The notes beneath the pieces were generated by a model that saw only the letters and a program-made list of their open reading frames with translations, ran no database searches and was not told the origin of the DNA. 64,000 nt of DNA, taken from contig JBHGNT010000015.1 in assembly GCA_043228905.1 (NCBI GenBank), forward strand, positions 8,246,001-8,310,000, in the 5' to 3' direction. The DNA is from Azolla caroliniana (Eukaryota; Plantae; Polypodiophyta). The translations under genes and the position numbers were made by a program. This document shows positions 48,931 through 60,700 of the stretch, one piece after another (positions within the stretch are counted from its first letter, which is position 1; each line of letters begins with the position of its first letter).

Positions 48931-50093
48931 CTAACTACATATCACAATCTAGTTCTTCCTGTAACTATCACGCTGATTACAATAAAGTGTGCTCATGCAC
49001 TTTTTCACACATAGTTTTTCTCTCCATAAGCACATGTTCACAGGAGTTGAGGTTGATTCTCAATAGTACTTCTAATGGGTTGGAGAAATGGAGCAGATCA
49101 TCGTGAGCCATCAATATTCACCAAGAAGAAGCTGGATAGCAGCATCTGGATGCTTTGTAAGGTCTAGGTGATGACAATCTTTGATTCTTAAGAAAAAATG
49201 TTACAATGGAGGATAGCATCGGTTGATCGGTAGAATGACTATATGTTGATGCTAATCAGCATGGAATTAAAACATAGTAGACCAGGCAGCTTGATCAATA
49301 TAAGTCACTCTTTTGTTTATAGTAGATGATGAAGGTATAGATAGACATTGGTGGACCTAGGAGAGCCCGAAGATTAAAGTACTACCTAAACATGATTAAT
49401 CTAAGAGAACAAAGTGTAGGGCCAGCATATTTTTAGAAGCCCAACAATTCACAAAAAATGTGGGCTGATATCATTTCATTGATCTAAGAGGGCGAACTGC
49501 TAAGTGTGGCTCTTTTTTTTTTCTAAAAGATCCAAATGCAAAGTGTTGCATTTCATGGATCTTCAAGAACCTAACACTAAGCAGTGTGCATTCCATTTTT
49601 TGGGCCTATGAGGGTTAAATACAAAAGTGTGCTGGCTGGTTGGGAGAACGTGGATGGTTCTTATTACAAGGAGAGCTTCTCCAAGACGGGAAGTGTGATA
49701 AAAGCTAAATGAGAAAGTTGTGAGGTGTATCAAAGTACTTTGAGGAAAATTTCACACAGTTATTAGATATATGAAGAGCTAATTATACTGCTCTTAGTGG
49801 ATAGGGAGTGTAAAGTTAAAGGAGACATAATTACATTCTCAGGGAAATCTGGAAGAATGTGTCACAGTTATGGCAATTGACTAGGGTGACTGCATTTCAC
49901 CTCTTCAATTTTAACACTGTTCTTTGTCATAATGAGTTAACATGGCCTTTTCATTTGGGGATACAATTCTTGTAGTCTAGTCCAAATAACATAGGCAGAG
50001 GCCAAACCTTCAATATTAAACAGCAAGGCATCATAGATTGATAGTTTAATGGTCGAGCATGCAAGCTTGTCCAACTCCTCCCAATCATTTTAT

Positions 50094-50559
50094 TGTGAGA
50101 AAAGCTGTTAATAGCAGCAGCGGAAGAGTTAGAACAAAATAGACACAGCCAAGCTGTGAGAAGGTTGTTAGACAGCAATAGAAAAATGGTTGCAAAGAGT
50201 AGAGACACAGCCAAATAATAGAGCTTGTTTTTAAGTAGCAACCAAAGTAAAAAAGTCTTTACAAAAGAGGCTGGTATAGCCTATTTATACAAAATTGGGG
50301 AAAGTGGGTGAAATGGTTGTTTGGTAGTAAAGTGGCTCTTGTACTACCAAATAGGTACAAAAAACTAGGAATAAAAGGGAATATCTTGGAAAAAGTAGAG
50401 GAGAAAAAAAGGCATTTAAAGCATTACAAATTCTAGAGAGAGAAGGCATTAAAGGAGTTGTAGATTCTGGAGAGGGAAGAATCTGGGAAGGGAGAGAATA
50501 TAGTACAAAGATAATAAAGATGAAAGAGAGTGCAGGGCTGGAGCTACCACCCTCCAACA
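50094..50559 (-). repeat. Intact solo LTR of the Copia H family
   Basis: TG...CA ends; TSD TTTAT on both sides; homologous to 33557-34252. Confidence 0.88.
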
Positions 50560-51349
50560 TTTATTTCATATCTGTAATGTTTACCCCTTTGACCTTGATA
50601 GGGTTTGCTACTTTTTCCACAATAGGATATTGTACCACTGCTTTTGTCACATTGCAAAATTGTGTACACCCTCAAGCATCTTGATATACATGAGATGGCT
50701 TGCAGCATTGATGCCATGCATAACTTTTTGCCCAAAAGAAAACCTGATGAATTTGCACATTGGCTGCCACGATCCCGTTGCCTACAGCTGTGACTGACGC
50801 TTTTGCAAAATATGATGAACTTTAACTGTGAACATGTCTCCTACCTCTGCTGATAGTCTCCTGCCTGAAAATGTGACCTGTGGGCTGCATGGACTCTGGG
50901 AAGCATGCACACCTCAACCTTCACTCTAATACTAGTTTGAAGGGAGCAATGGAATAGCAGGCAGACAACAAAAGATGTAGAAACAAACACAAGAAAACAA
51001 AAGAAGAAAAAAGGTGTTGTATTTTTGGGAAAATAGGGTTCTGTTCCACTTCAGATCATATATATAATATATATATATATATACATACATATGAGAGCTA
51101 AGCGTGCTAAGGCTGTTTTCACACCCATGGCACGATAGCCCTTTATTCCCAACAATCAAAACAGTCATTTAGTAGGCAAAGGTACAAGCAAATACAAGTT
51201 ATGTATTTTTCCGAGGTTTTTTTCTTCAATAGTCAAAATGGCTAGATTGAGGACACTTTTCATTATTTCAACCTTTTTGGATTTGTAGTTGCATCAAATG
51301 GATGTAAATATGGCTTTCCTTCAATTCCAAGAAAGAGCATCTAGTTTAC

Positions 51350-51860
51350 AAACTTGTATGCAGCCTCTATGGGCTGAAACAAGCCCAACGCCTATGGTTT
51401 AAGAATTTGACTCCGTCATGCTCTCAAATTTGTGTTTTCCATGAAAGATCTTGGCAAAGCTTAGCACATTTTTGGAATAAGAATCAGACAATACAGACAA
51501 AAGAAGTTACTATGTGTGTCCCAAGAGATGTACATTGAGAAGGTATTGGACAGATTCCAGATGATTGATGCAAAGCAATCTTCAGTGCCAAAGACGTAGT
51601 GGAAATAGAAAACGTCCTGGCTATCCCATATGCTTCAGCTATCCCATATGCTTCAGCCTGTGGGTCAATGATGTATGGAAGGGTATCAACACAACCTGAT
51701 ATTGCATGTGTGGTAGGATAGTAAATAGAGTAATGAGTGGGCCGCAATCGAGTCTATCCTTAAATATGTCAAAGGCACTGAGGAGAAATGCATTTGTTAT
51801 GGCAAAGGGGACTTGAATTATCATGGCTATTGTGATTCTGATATGGTTGGTGATTTAGCA
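51350..51860 (+). pseudogene. Ancient Copia RT remnants
   Basis: YGLKQA, YIEKVLDRF, IPYASACGSMMY, GYCDSDM. Confidence 0.6.
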
Positions 51861-52735
51861 TTAAGAGGTATTTATGAGGCCATGCCTTGGCTGTCCCGTC
51901 AACATTTAAAGCTTTTCTTCAAACAGCATATTCTATGTATCTTAAATAGAACATATACATGTGTGGACCCGTATCTTGAAGATATATTGGGTAGAAGTGC
52001 TTATGCTTTCTAGTCTCTCCCATGTGTTAAACCCCATAATTAGGAGATATGCATTTGATGGCCTATATATGAGATTTGCGTTATTACGAGATATGTGTCA
52101 ACAAAATCTACCATGAGCATGATACATTGGTGCATTGAAACCTAGGGTTCAAGGATCATGGTGGCCATTGCCCAATGGATGCATTCCTCTTAAGATTAAA
52201 CTTTTTATGTGTTAGGTCTTGGCAAGATGCTGTATTTTTATTTGATCAGTATAGCAACATGGCTGGCATTCCCATTTGCCATTTTTTTCAAAGATATTCA
52301 TTCGGAGATCATTAGGTTCAGCCTTAAGCCGACAAGGACTAGGTTCAGGCACATGTTTTTTTTGCGCCATTCCATTGAAAGACAATACACAGATTTATTA
52401 AATGCTGTATAACTCATATAATTTGGAAGTACTTATCAAAGATTTGACAAGTGTTATCTCATTGTTATTTGATGCTCAACAATGGGTTTTTGCCAAGTAT
52501 ATTCAAAATGGTCCAAATCATCAATTGTAGACTTGGGGTAAAAGCCTATGTTAACAAGTTGAAAGTCATTCTTATGTGGATTTTTTGGATCTTGGAATAT
52601 GTGGGGATCTTTTCCTCAAATGCATTCTCAAGTTTTCTAATGGCTTTATTGGATGTCCCTCTACCTATGTAGGTATAGAAGGCTAAGAATTTGTAACAAT
52701 GGTATTTTACAATCAAATAATATAATTGTGTGCTT

Positions 52736-52740
<5 letters not shown>

Positions 52741-52772
<32 letters not shown>
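52741..52772 (+). repeat. (GA)16 microsatellite next to the last splice acceptor
   Basis: Read directly from the sequence. Confidence 0.95.
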
Positions 52773-52776
<4 letters not shown>

Positions 52777-52789
52777 TGCTTGCATGCAG

Positions 52790-52908
52790 AAATCCTCATG
52801 GTTCCATCAATAATAGAGCAGATGCAAGAGTTTGTGAATAGTAAAACATCAGCATGTGTGCAGATCAAACATACTGCACAAGCATTTCTTGACAAACTTG
52901 TTTTGTGA
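52790..52908 (+). CDS. ARMC7: ARMC7 exon 7 (terminal)
   Basis: tgcag|(E)ILMVPSIIEQMQEF...AQAFLDKLVL*; the joined CDS is 534 nt (177 aa) with no stops. Confidence 0.82.
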
Positions 52909-53392
52909 CGTGTGGACGAAGTAAAAGATGGAAATCAAGGTAACTCAAACTGAATTTTACTTGCCAAATTGCAATCATGAAATATTTATGTATAGAATAG
53001 GTCTCTCTTTAAAATATGCTTAATGCAATCTAATATAAAGAATAATGCCTGAACTAGTAGTATCTCACAAAGTTTTGTAATATTTTTTTGCAGATCTATT
53101 GTCTCTTTTTTAGTAAGTCATATTATGACGGGAGATTGGCCATTCTGGTCCCATCATTATCCATGCTCAATAAAATATAGAATGGAATTCATTCTCAATG
53201 TAAAGATGCAATTAGTTTTGGAAGTTATGCTCAAAACATTACACTATTGCCATAAATATGTCACTTGTTTGAGCGAGTAAATATGTGATGCAAAAGGTAA
53301 GGTCACTTGAGCTCCACATCACAATATCATCATACTGCAAATGTGCATATTGTTTAACTAGTACACATTGAAAAGAAAGGCTAGTTGGCCAG

Positions 53393-53562
53393 ACTAACAT
53401 GAACTCTCCAAGTGTTGAGCATAAAAGGAGATAATCTAATGCTCCACTGATAACTGTTATAATTTAAATTATTGTAATAGGGTGCCATACTAACATGAAC
53501 TCCCCAAGCCTTGAGCATAAAAGGAGATAACCTAGTTCTCAAAGGATAACTGTTGTAATTTA
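53393..53562. repeat. Two-copy tandem repeat with about 96-bp period
   Basis: actaacatgaactc...ttgagcataaaaggagataa...gataactgtt occurs twice. Confidence 0.7.
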
Positions 53563-56134
53563 CAATTATTGTTGTAATAGAGCTTGTAAGCTTCTTGCCA
53601 TCACTGTTCATGTTTTGGTCTTAGAGTTCTCTTTCATCATCTACTTGGCTCAATCTTGTCTAATCCCAACTGTGTTTCCTTGCGTTTTGAGACCCCATGT
53701 TTTAGGGTCACAACATCATTAATAGCATATGATAAATGTTGATACGAAGATTACTTGTATCTTCAATTTGGAAGAGTACAAAGAAATGGTATTCATCTTA
53801 ATTAGCTCAATCTTTTCATCACCAAAATTCCTAAAATCCATAAACTACTGATCACTAGTATTTGTGAAATCCAAAAACAATTGAGGAATAATCATGACGT
53901 GTGTCCAAAAAGCAAGTCACACATCAACAAATGGGGCATTATGCTATAATGGAGGATGTCCATCCTCCAATCAATACAATGAATGGAGTTCACTATTGAG
54001 GGAGCATATCATAACCAACTTCAATTGGAATTGGAAAAAGAAGAGAAACATGTGTAGTGGGTGGACTCCATGATTTGCTAATCAAGAGTAGCAAGACTCC
54101 ACACACACGCACACACACCATAACCAACCACTATGACAACAAAGAACCTCACATTCTTCTTGACTACTCAAAACCGTGGTGGAGCATAGAGATAGTCTAT
54201 ACTTCTCCACATCTACTCTCTCTACTCAACAATCATATTGCCAAGAAGACTCCACAAAAATACCTAAATCTTGTGGATCAATGACTATATGAAGGAGTTG
54301 CTCTATATGCATGAGGATTGAATTACGCTAATACAATCTTCAACAAGCCCACACAAACAAAGTCAAAAGTTTAACGAAACTAAGTCTCAATCCAAACTCA
54401 AGAAAACTCTTGCCTTCACATCGTGGCCAAAATTCAACCTCATTTCTTCCCCTTCTTTGGTGCTTGTAGAGGTTACTAGGAGGTTTCTATTGTTTGCAAA
54501 CATAGGATAAATGTTATGTGCAAAAACAACCAAGGATCATCCTTAGATTAAAAAACATTAATAGAAAGGTTATTACAAGCTCCTTAGAGCAAAAAAGATT
54601 AAGGAGTGAGAGAGGGTGTGAAAATTAGGGAATCACGGAATGAGGACCAAATGAGGCATTGTCGTCTTTTTATAGGCCAAATATGGCCGTTGGGGCTAGC
54701 CATTGGGACAATCCCTTGGGATTGTCTATTGGGTCTAGGTTGTTCCAACTTGAGGGTGGTGCCCTTTTTGGGATTGGGACTAGGATTGGTTCCTTTCTTT
54801 GGTCCCAACTCAAATTGGGACTCCTGGCTATGTGGGACTCTCCTAGCTCAAGTTGGGACTGCGTGGCATTGTCCCAATTTCGTTTATGGCTCTTCATCAC
54901 TGTCCCAACTTTTATTTGGTCTCTTAGGGTTTGTCCCAACTCGTTTTGGAACTCCTTGCTTCTGTCCCAACTCACCTTGAAACCACATTGCGGTTTGGGA
55001 CTGTTTGAGTGCACCACATTCACCGGGGTCCCATGGAGCTTTAGTGCCATCAAGCTCACAAACCATCCTGAAGCACTTTTGTGGCTTGAGTCCTTACCTC
55101 GACCCCTTCGGATTGATCTTGATCTCACTTCACTTCTTGGGGTCTCTTTTTGACTTCTTCTTTTGTCCCTTGGTTGGGTTCACTTTGCCTTCTCTTTGAT
55201 CTCAATTCCTTGAGGGGGTTCCTTCAACTTGGTCTTGACGTCTTGCCTCGACCATTCCTTGGGTTCTTGCTCCACCACCATGGTTGAGTCCTCCACAGTC
55301 AATTCTACTTTGTCTTGTGTTTCGAGCTCCACCTGGGTTCTTTCTTCTTGGAGGAAAGTTGCCTTGAGTCTTCATGGTGGGTGGCTTCTTTCAAACCACA
55401 GGCTGCACTTCCTTGTCCAACCTATCCCCATCATCAACAAGATGTTCATGTTCACAAGTGGAAATGTCGAGCATTCCACTTTTAGATTCCTTTTATAATT
55501 CTACAATTTTAGGCTATATACAATAACTTGACACACTGGTATCACATGTTCTTCAAACCATATAAAGTTTGCTAAATTATTAACATTTTACAAGTTATAA
55601 AGATATAAACATTAAGCTAAATGAATATTTTTAAAGTTGATGATTTCAGATACAAAATGTAATTAAATCCAAGAACATCACAAATGATTTATTAATATTT
55701 AAGTTGGTAAAAATCTAAAATAGGTAGTTTTTTGAACAATTTTAAAGTTGATGATTTGCAGTTAGTAAATGTAATAAATACACGAATAGAATTCAGGAAT
55801 ACATGCGAGAGGAGTGAACAGGGGAGCAGGTGCAGGAGCAGGAGCAGGAGCATGGTGAGGACTGCAGGAGCATGGCGAGGACTGCACGTATTGGCTAGCA
55901 GTGCGACATAGTCAACGGGAGGGGAGCGCGCGCAACAATTATTGCAGGAGGGATTTTCGGCTGCTCGTCAGTGGTTATCCTGTTCTGCTATGTGGTGTTG
56001 TCAGGCCTGAATGAGGGAGCGACAAAGAAGGGGGATGGGGCAGCGGAATGAGGAGGCGATAGAAGAAAAGCAGACGAGGGCTCCGTCAAAAGGAAAAGCT
56101 TCCTTCCATCGTCCTCGATGGCCCTCTCTACCTT

Positions 56135-57768
56135 TGCGTCAACAAACCGGGGATACGTGAACTTTGAGGCAGGACCCCGGGGCCTCCGACCGGAAGATAT
56201 CATATTCGTATGATTATATTAAACAATTAATACAAAATGATAAAGATTCACAAATTTCATTAATAAAGGGAAAGAAAGATTACAATTAATCCCAAGATTG
56301 GGATTACAAAAATTTGTTAATGGAGATGACTAGAGTAATAGATTAGAAGAAATGAAATATGGATTTAATTAGAATATTAGGGTTTTTAGCTTCAATTCGA
56401 AAATTAGGGTTTTTGAGTTATATGGCTTTGATTAGGAAATTAGGGTTTATGACTTCCGTAAGGAAATTTAGGGTTCTTGGCTTCGATAAGATAAGAGAGC
56501 TCCGACGGAAAAGAAGAACAATATAATATGGAGAGCATATGAGTATAGGAAAAAAAATGGAATTATATATGGAGTTCCTCGTTGATCATATGCCTCCACT
56601 TTTTGTTGCATGGCCTCTACTTTTAGTTGCATAGCTTTTCTTTTCGTTGAATCTATTTTTAGTTGCATGGCTTTTTCTTTAGTTGCATGCGACCGTCCAC
56701 TTGATCTTTACTTTAGTCTCATTTACCTTTCTTTAAATAGCCACATGATCCTTTTATCCGTTCGATTTGCGTCCAACCTTGTACGGTCGCCGGTTCCGCC
56801 CGATCGCCGAATCCCTCGCTGGCCGAATCCATTTTGCTTGCCGGCCGGTTCCGGTTCCGGTTTGCATACGGAAACCGGCCGGCAAGCAAAACCGGAAACC
56901 GGCCGGTAAGCAAAACCGGAACCGGAACCGGAACCGTCCGGCAAGCAAAACCGGAAATCGGCCGCTAAACAAAACCGTAACCGCAACCGGCAAGCAAAAA
57001 GGAACCGGCCGGCGAGGGATTCGGCAATCAGGCGGAACTGGCTACCGGACGAGGTTGGACGCGGACGGAAGCAAGATGGGATCAAGCAACAAACTGAAGT
57101 AAAGTGAAGAGAACTAAAGTAAAGGCCATGTGGACGCAAGGAACTAAAGTTGGAGTGCATGCAAAAAGTAAAGGTCATGTGGATGGTCACATGCAACTAA
57201 AAGAAAAAGCCATGCAATTAAAAATAGATGCAACTAAAAGAAAAAGCTAGGCAACTAAAAGTAAAGGCCATGCAACAAAAAGTGGAAAGGCTATGATCAA
57301 GGGAGAACTCTATATATATTCCATTTTTTTTCTTACACTCGGACTCTCCATATTATCTTAATTTTCTTTTCCTTCTCAACTCCCTTATCTTAGGAAAGCC
57401 ATATCTCTCATAAACCCTAATCTTCCCTACAGAAGCCATACCACTCAAAAACGTTAATCTTCCCTACGGAAGCCATAATACTCATATAACTATAATCTCT
57501 GATGAAAGCCAAGAACCCTAAATCTCTATGGAATCCATATCTTAGTTTCTTCTAATCTATTATTCTAGCAATCTCCTTAAGATAAAACTTTTGTAATCTC
57601 AATCTTGAGATTGATTGTAATCTTTCTTTTCCGTTATTAATGAAATTTGTGAATCTTTATCATTTTGTATTAATTGTTTAATATAATCATACGAATCTGA
57701 TATCTTCCGGTCGGAGGCCCCGGGGTCCTGCCTCAAAGTTCACGTATCCTCGTCGTATTTTCGCGACA
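56135..57768. mobile_element. 1.6-kb palindromic (foldback) element with Gypsy-LTR-like termini
   Basis: 56151 onward is the reverse complement of 57749 backward, almost to the centre; the right end ...CGACA resembles the end of the D LTR. Confidence 0.8.
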
Positions 57769-60700
57769 CCGGTTCTCACCGGGTCTTCCGTTTCCGGGTA
57801 CTCCTCATCCGGTTCTCACCAGGTCTGCACCATCCGGCTCTCCGTAGTCAGGTACTCGTTATCTGGTTCTCACCGGGTCTGCACCATTCGGCTCTCTGTA
57901 GCCGGGTACTCGTCATCCGGTTCTCACTTGGTCTTCTGTGGCTGGGTATTCCTCATCCGGTTTCGGTCTCGGCCTATTGGCCTTCTCACTTCCCATCCGG
58001 AGGGACCGGTTTCCTAACAAACTCCCCCTTCACTCCGGCATGGGATGTCTTACTAGTCTGATCCGCTTCCGGAATGCATCCAGCTTGTCAGGTATCAGTA
58101 CTTTGGTCAACATATCTGACCTGTTCTTGGCTGTGTGGATCTTCGTCAGCGTGAACTCCTGGTCATCTACTCTTTCCCGGATCCAGTGATACCTTTGCTG
58201 GATATGCTTCGTCCGGGAATGGTAGGCCGCATTCTTAGCAAGGTGGATGGCACTTTGACTGTCACAGTAAAGCCGATATTCATCTTGCCTGATACCGAGC
58301 TCTCTGATGAATTCCATTCATAATATTTCCTTTCCGGCTTCCACAACCGCCATGTACTCCGCCTCCGTCGTTGACAACGCAACCGTCTTCTGCAGCCTCG
58401 ACTGCCACGAAATAGCTTCCCCTGCATATGTCATTACATACCCGGATGTGGACCGGCTGGTATCCACATCAGCCGACATGTCCGAATCGGTAAAACCATC
58501 AAGTTGAGGTTTTCCGGAGCCGAATCGGAGATACATATTCGAAGTGCCCTTCAAGTACTAGAGTATCCATTTTACTGTGTTCCAGTGCTTCTTGCCGGGA
58601 TTGCTCATAAACCGGCTCACCACTCCGACTGCGTATCCTATATCCGGTCGGGTACACACCATTGCGTACATTAACCTCCCGACGGAAGAGGCATATAGAA
58701 CCTTCATCATATCAGCCTTCTCTGCTTTCGTCTTCGGGCTTTGCTTACCGGATAATCTACAGTTTGCCGGGAGTGTTGATCTAACCAGTTTTGCTTCCAA
58801 CATGTTGAACCGCTAAAGCACCTTTGTCACGTACTTCTCCTGTGACAGCCACAATTGCTTTGATGGCTGGTTCCGGATGATATGCATCCCCAGCATCTAT
58901 CTTGCCAGACCCAAGTCTTTCATTGAGAAGGTCCGGTTGAGAGCCTTCTTCAGCATCCGTATTTTGGCTTGGTCCCGTCCGACGATCAACATGTCGTCCA
59001 CGCACAGAAGGAGTATCAGGAAGTCGCCTCCTTCGAACTTCTTCACAAACACGCAGTGATCGGCCTGCGTTTTGTGCTACCCTTGATCAGTCATGAAGGA
59101 GTCGAACTTCCGGTACCATTGGCGGGGGGGCTGGCTTCAATCCGTACAGAGTCTTCTTCAACTGGCATACCAGGTGCTCCTTCCCTTTCTCCACGAATCC
59201 TTCTGGTTGCTGCATGTAGATCTCCTCTTCGAGGTCGCCGTGAAGGAATGTTGTCTTCACGTCTAGCTGCTCTACCTCGAGGTCCATGCTTGCCGCTATA
59301 CTCAGCACCGTCCGGATGGAGGTCATCTTTACTATCGGGGCAAATATCTCGTTGAAATCCACGCCCTTCTTCTGTTGGAACCCCTTCACCACGATCCTGG
59401 CTTTGTATCTCTGGGGGTTGCCGGCATCTCTCGGTTTCAACTTGTACACCCACTTATTTCGGAGTGCCCGCTTTCCTTTCGGCAACTCCACCAATTCGTA
59501 TGTATGGTTCTCATGCAGGGAATCCATCTCATCCTGCATGGCACATAACCATTTGCGGTTGTGGGTGTCATCCTTCGCCTCTACGAAGCTTTCTGGATCC
59601 CCCTCATCGGTTAGCAGCACATGCTCTGCATCCGGAAATCTCCGGGGGGCTCTTCTCTCTCTGAGAGGATATCTCCGTCTTTGGGCTTCGGTAGCCGGCT
59701 CCTCCATTTGCTCTTCATCCGAATCCGATTCGGGGTCTTTTGGCCAGTTCTAGTTTCAGCTTCCTCTACTTCTTCGTCTGCCGGTTCGGTATCCTCACCG
59801 TAACCGGTTGGTTCCTCGAGTGCTAACCGGTCTCTTGCCGGTTGGGTCTGCTCATCGTAGAATCGATCCTTACTGGTTGACTCAGAGTTCATTGCCTTCT
59901 TCTCCGACTCCCAGTCGGCGAGCATCTTGTCCTCCATGAAGATAATATCTCGACTCCGGAATACATTCTTGTTGACTAGGTCCCACACTCGGTAGCCGAA
60001 CTTATCATTGCCGTAACCGAGGAATATGCATGGCCGGGTCTTTGGATCTAACTTTCCTCTCCGGTCCTTAGCTACATGCACATACGCAAGACACTCGAAT
60101 ACCTTCAGATGCCGGTAGGATACTTCCTTACCGGTCCATACTCTCTGTGGCGTGTCTCCGTCCAAAGGTACTGAGGGTGATCTGTTTATCACATATGTCG
60201 CCGTCGACAGTGCCTCAGCCCAAAACTTCTTGGGTAGTTTTGCATGCACCAGCATACTCCGGACTCTCTCCATTATGATCCAGTTCATCCTCTGGGCCAA
60301 CCCATTTAGTTCCGGTGTCTTCGGCACGGTAAATTCGAGCCGGATTCCCTTCGAGTGACAGTACTCCTCGAAGTGCCCCTAGTATTCACCTCCGTTATCT
60401 ACTCGAACCGCCTTCAGCTTCCGGCCGGTCTCTCTTTCCACTCTCGCGTAGAGCTCTTTTTGAAGACGGATAACACCTGATCCTTCGTCTTCAACGGTGT
60501 GGCCCACAACTTCCGGCTGTGGTCATCTATGAATGTCATGAAGTACGACGATCTTGCATGTGACTTCGTGTCCACTTGAGACACATCAGTATGCACCAAC
60601 TCCAGTGGTGCATTACGTCTCATCGGTGGCCTCGATCGGAAAGAGGTCCGGTTTTGTTTACCAGCCAAACAATCAGTGCACTTCTCCAAGTGCACGTTCT

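Noticed and set aside
54480-55500. Host gene in ORFs 54606-55153
   Set aside because: Repetitive ttgggac/gtcccaa motifs and no domain motifs; probably a degraded retroelement fragment whose boundaries I could not define.
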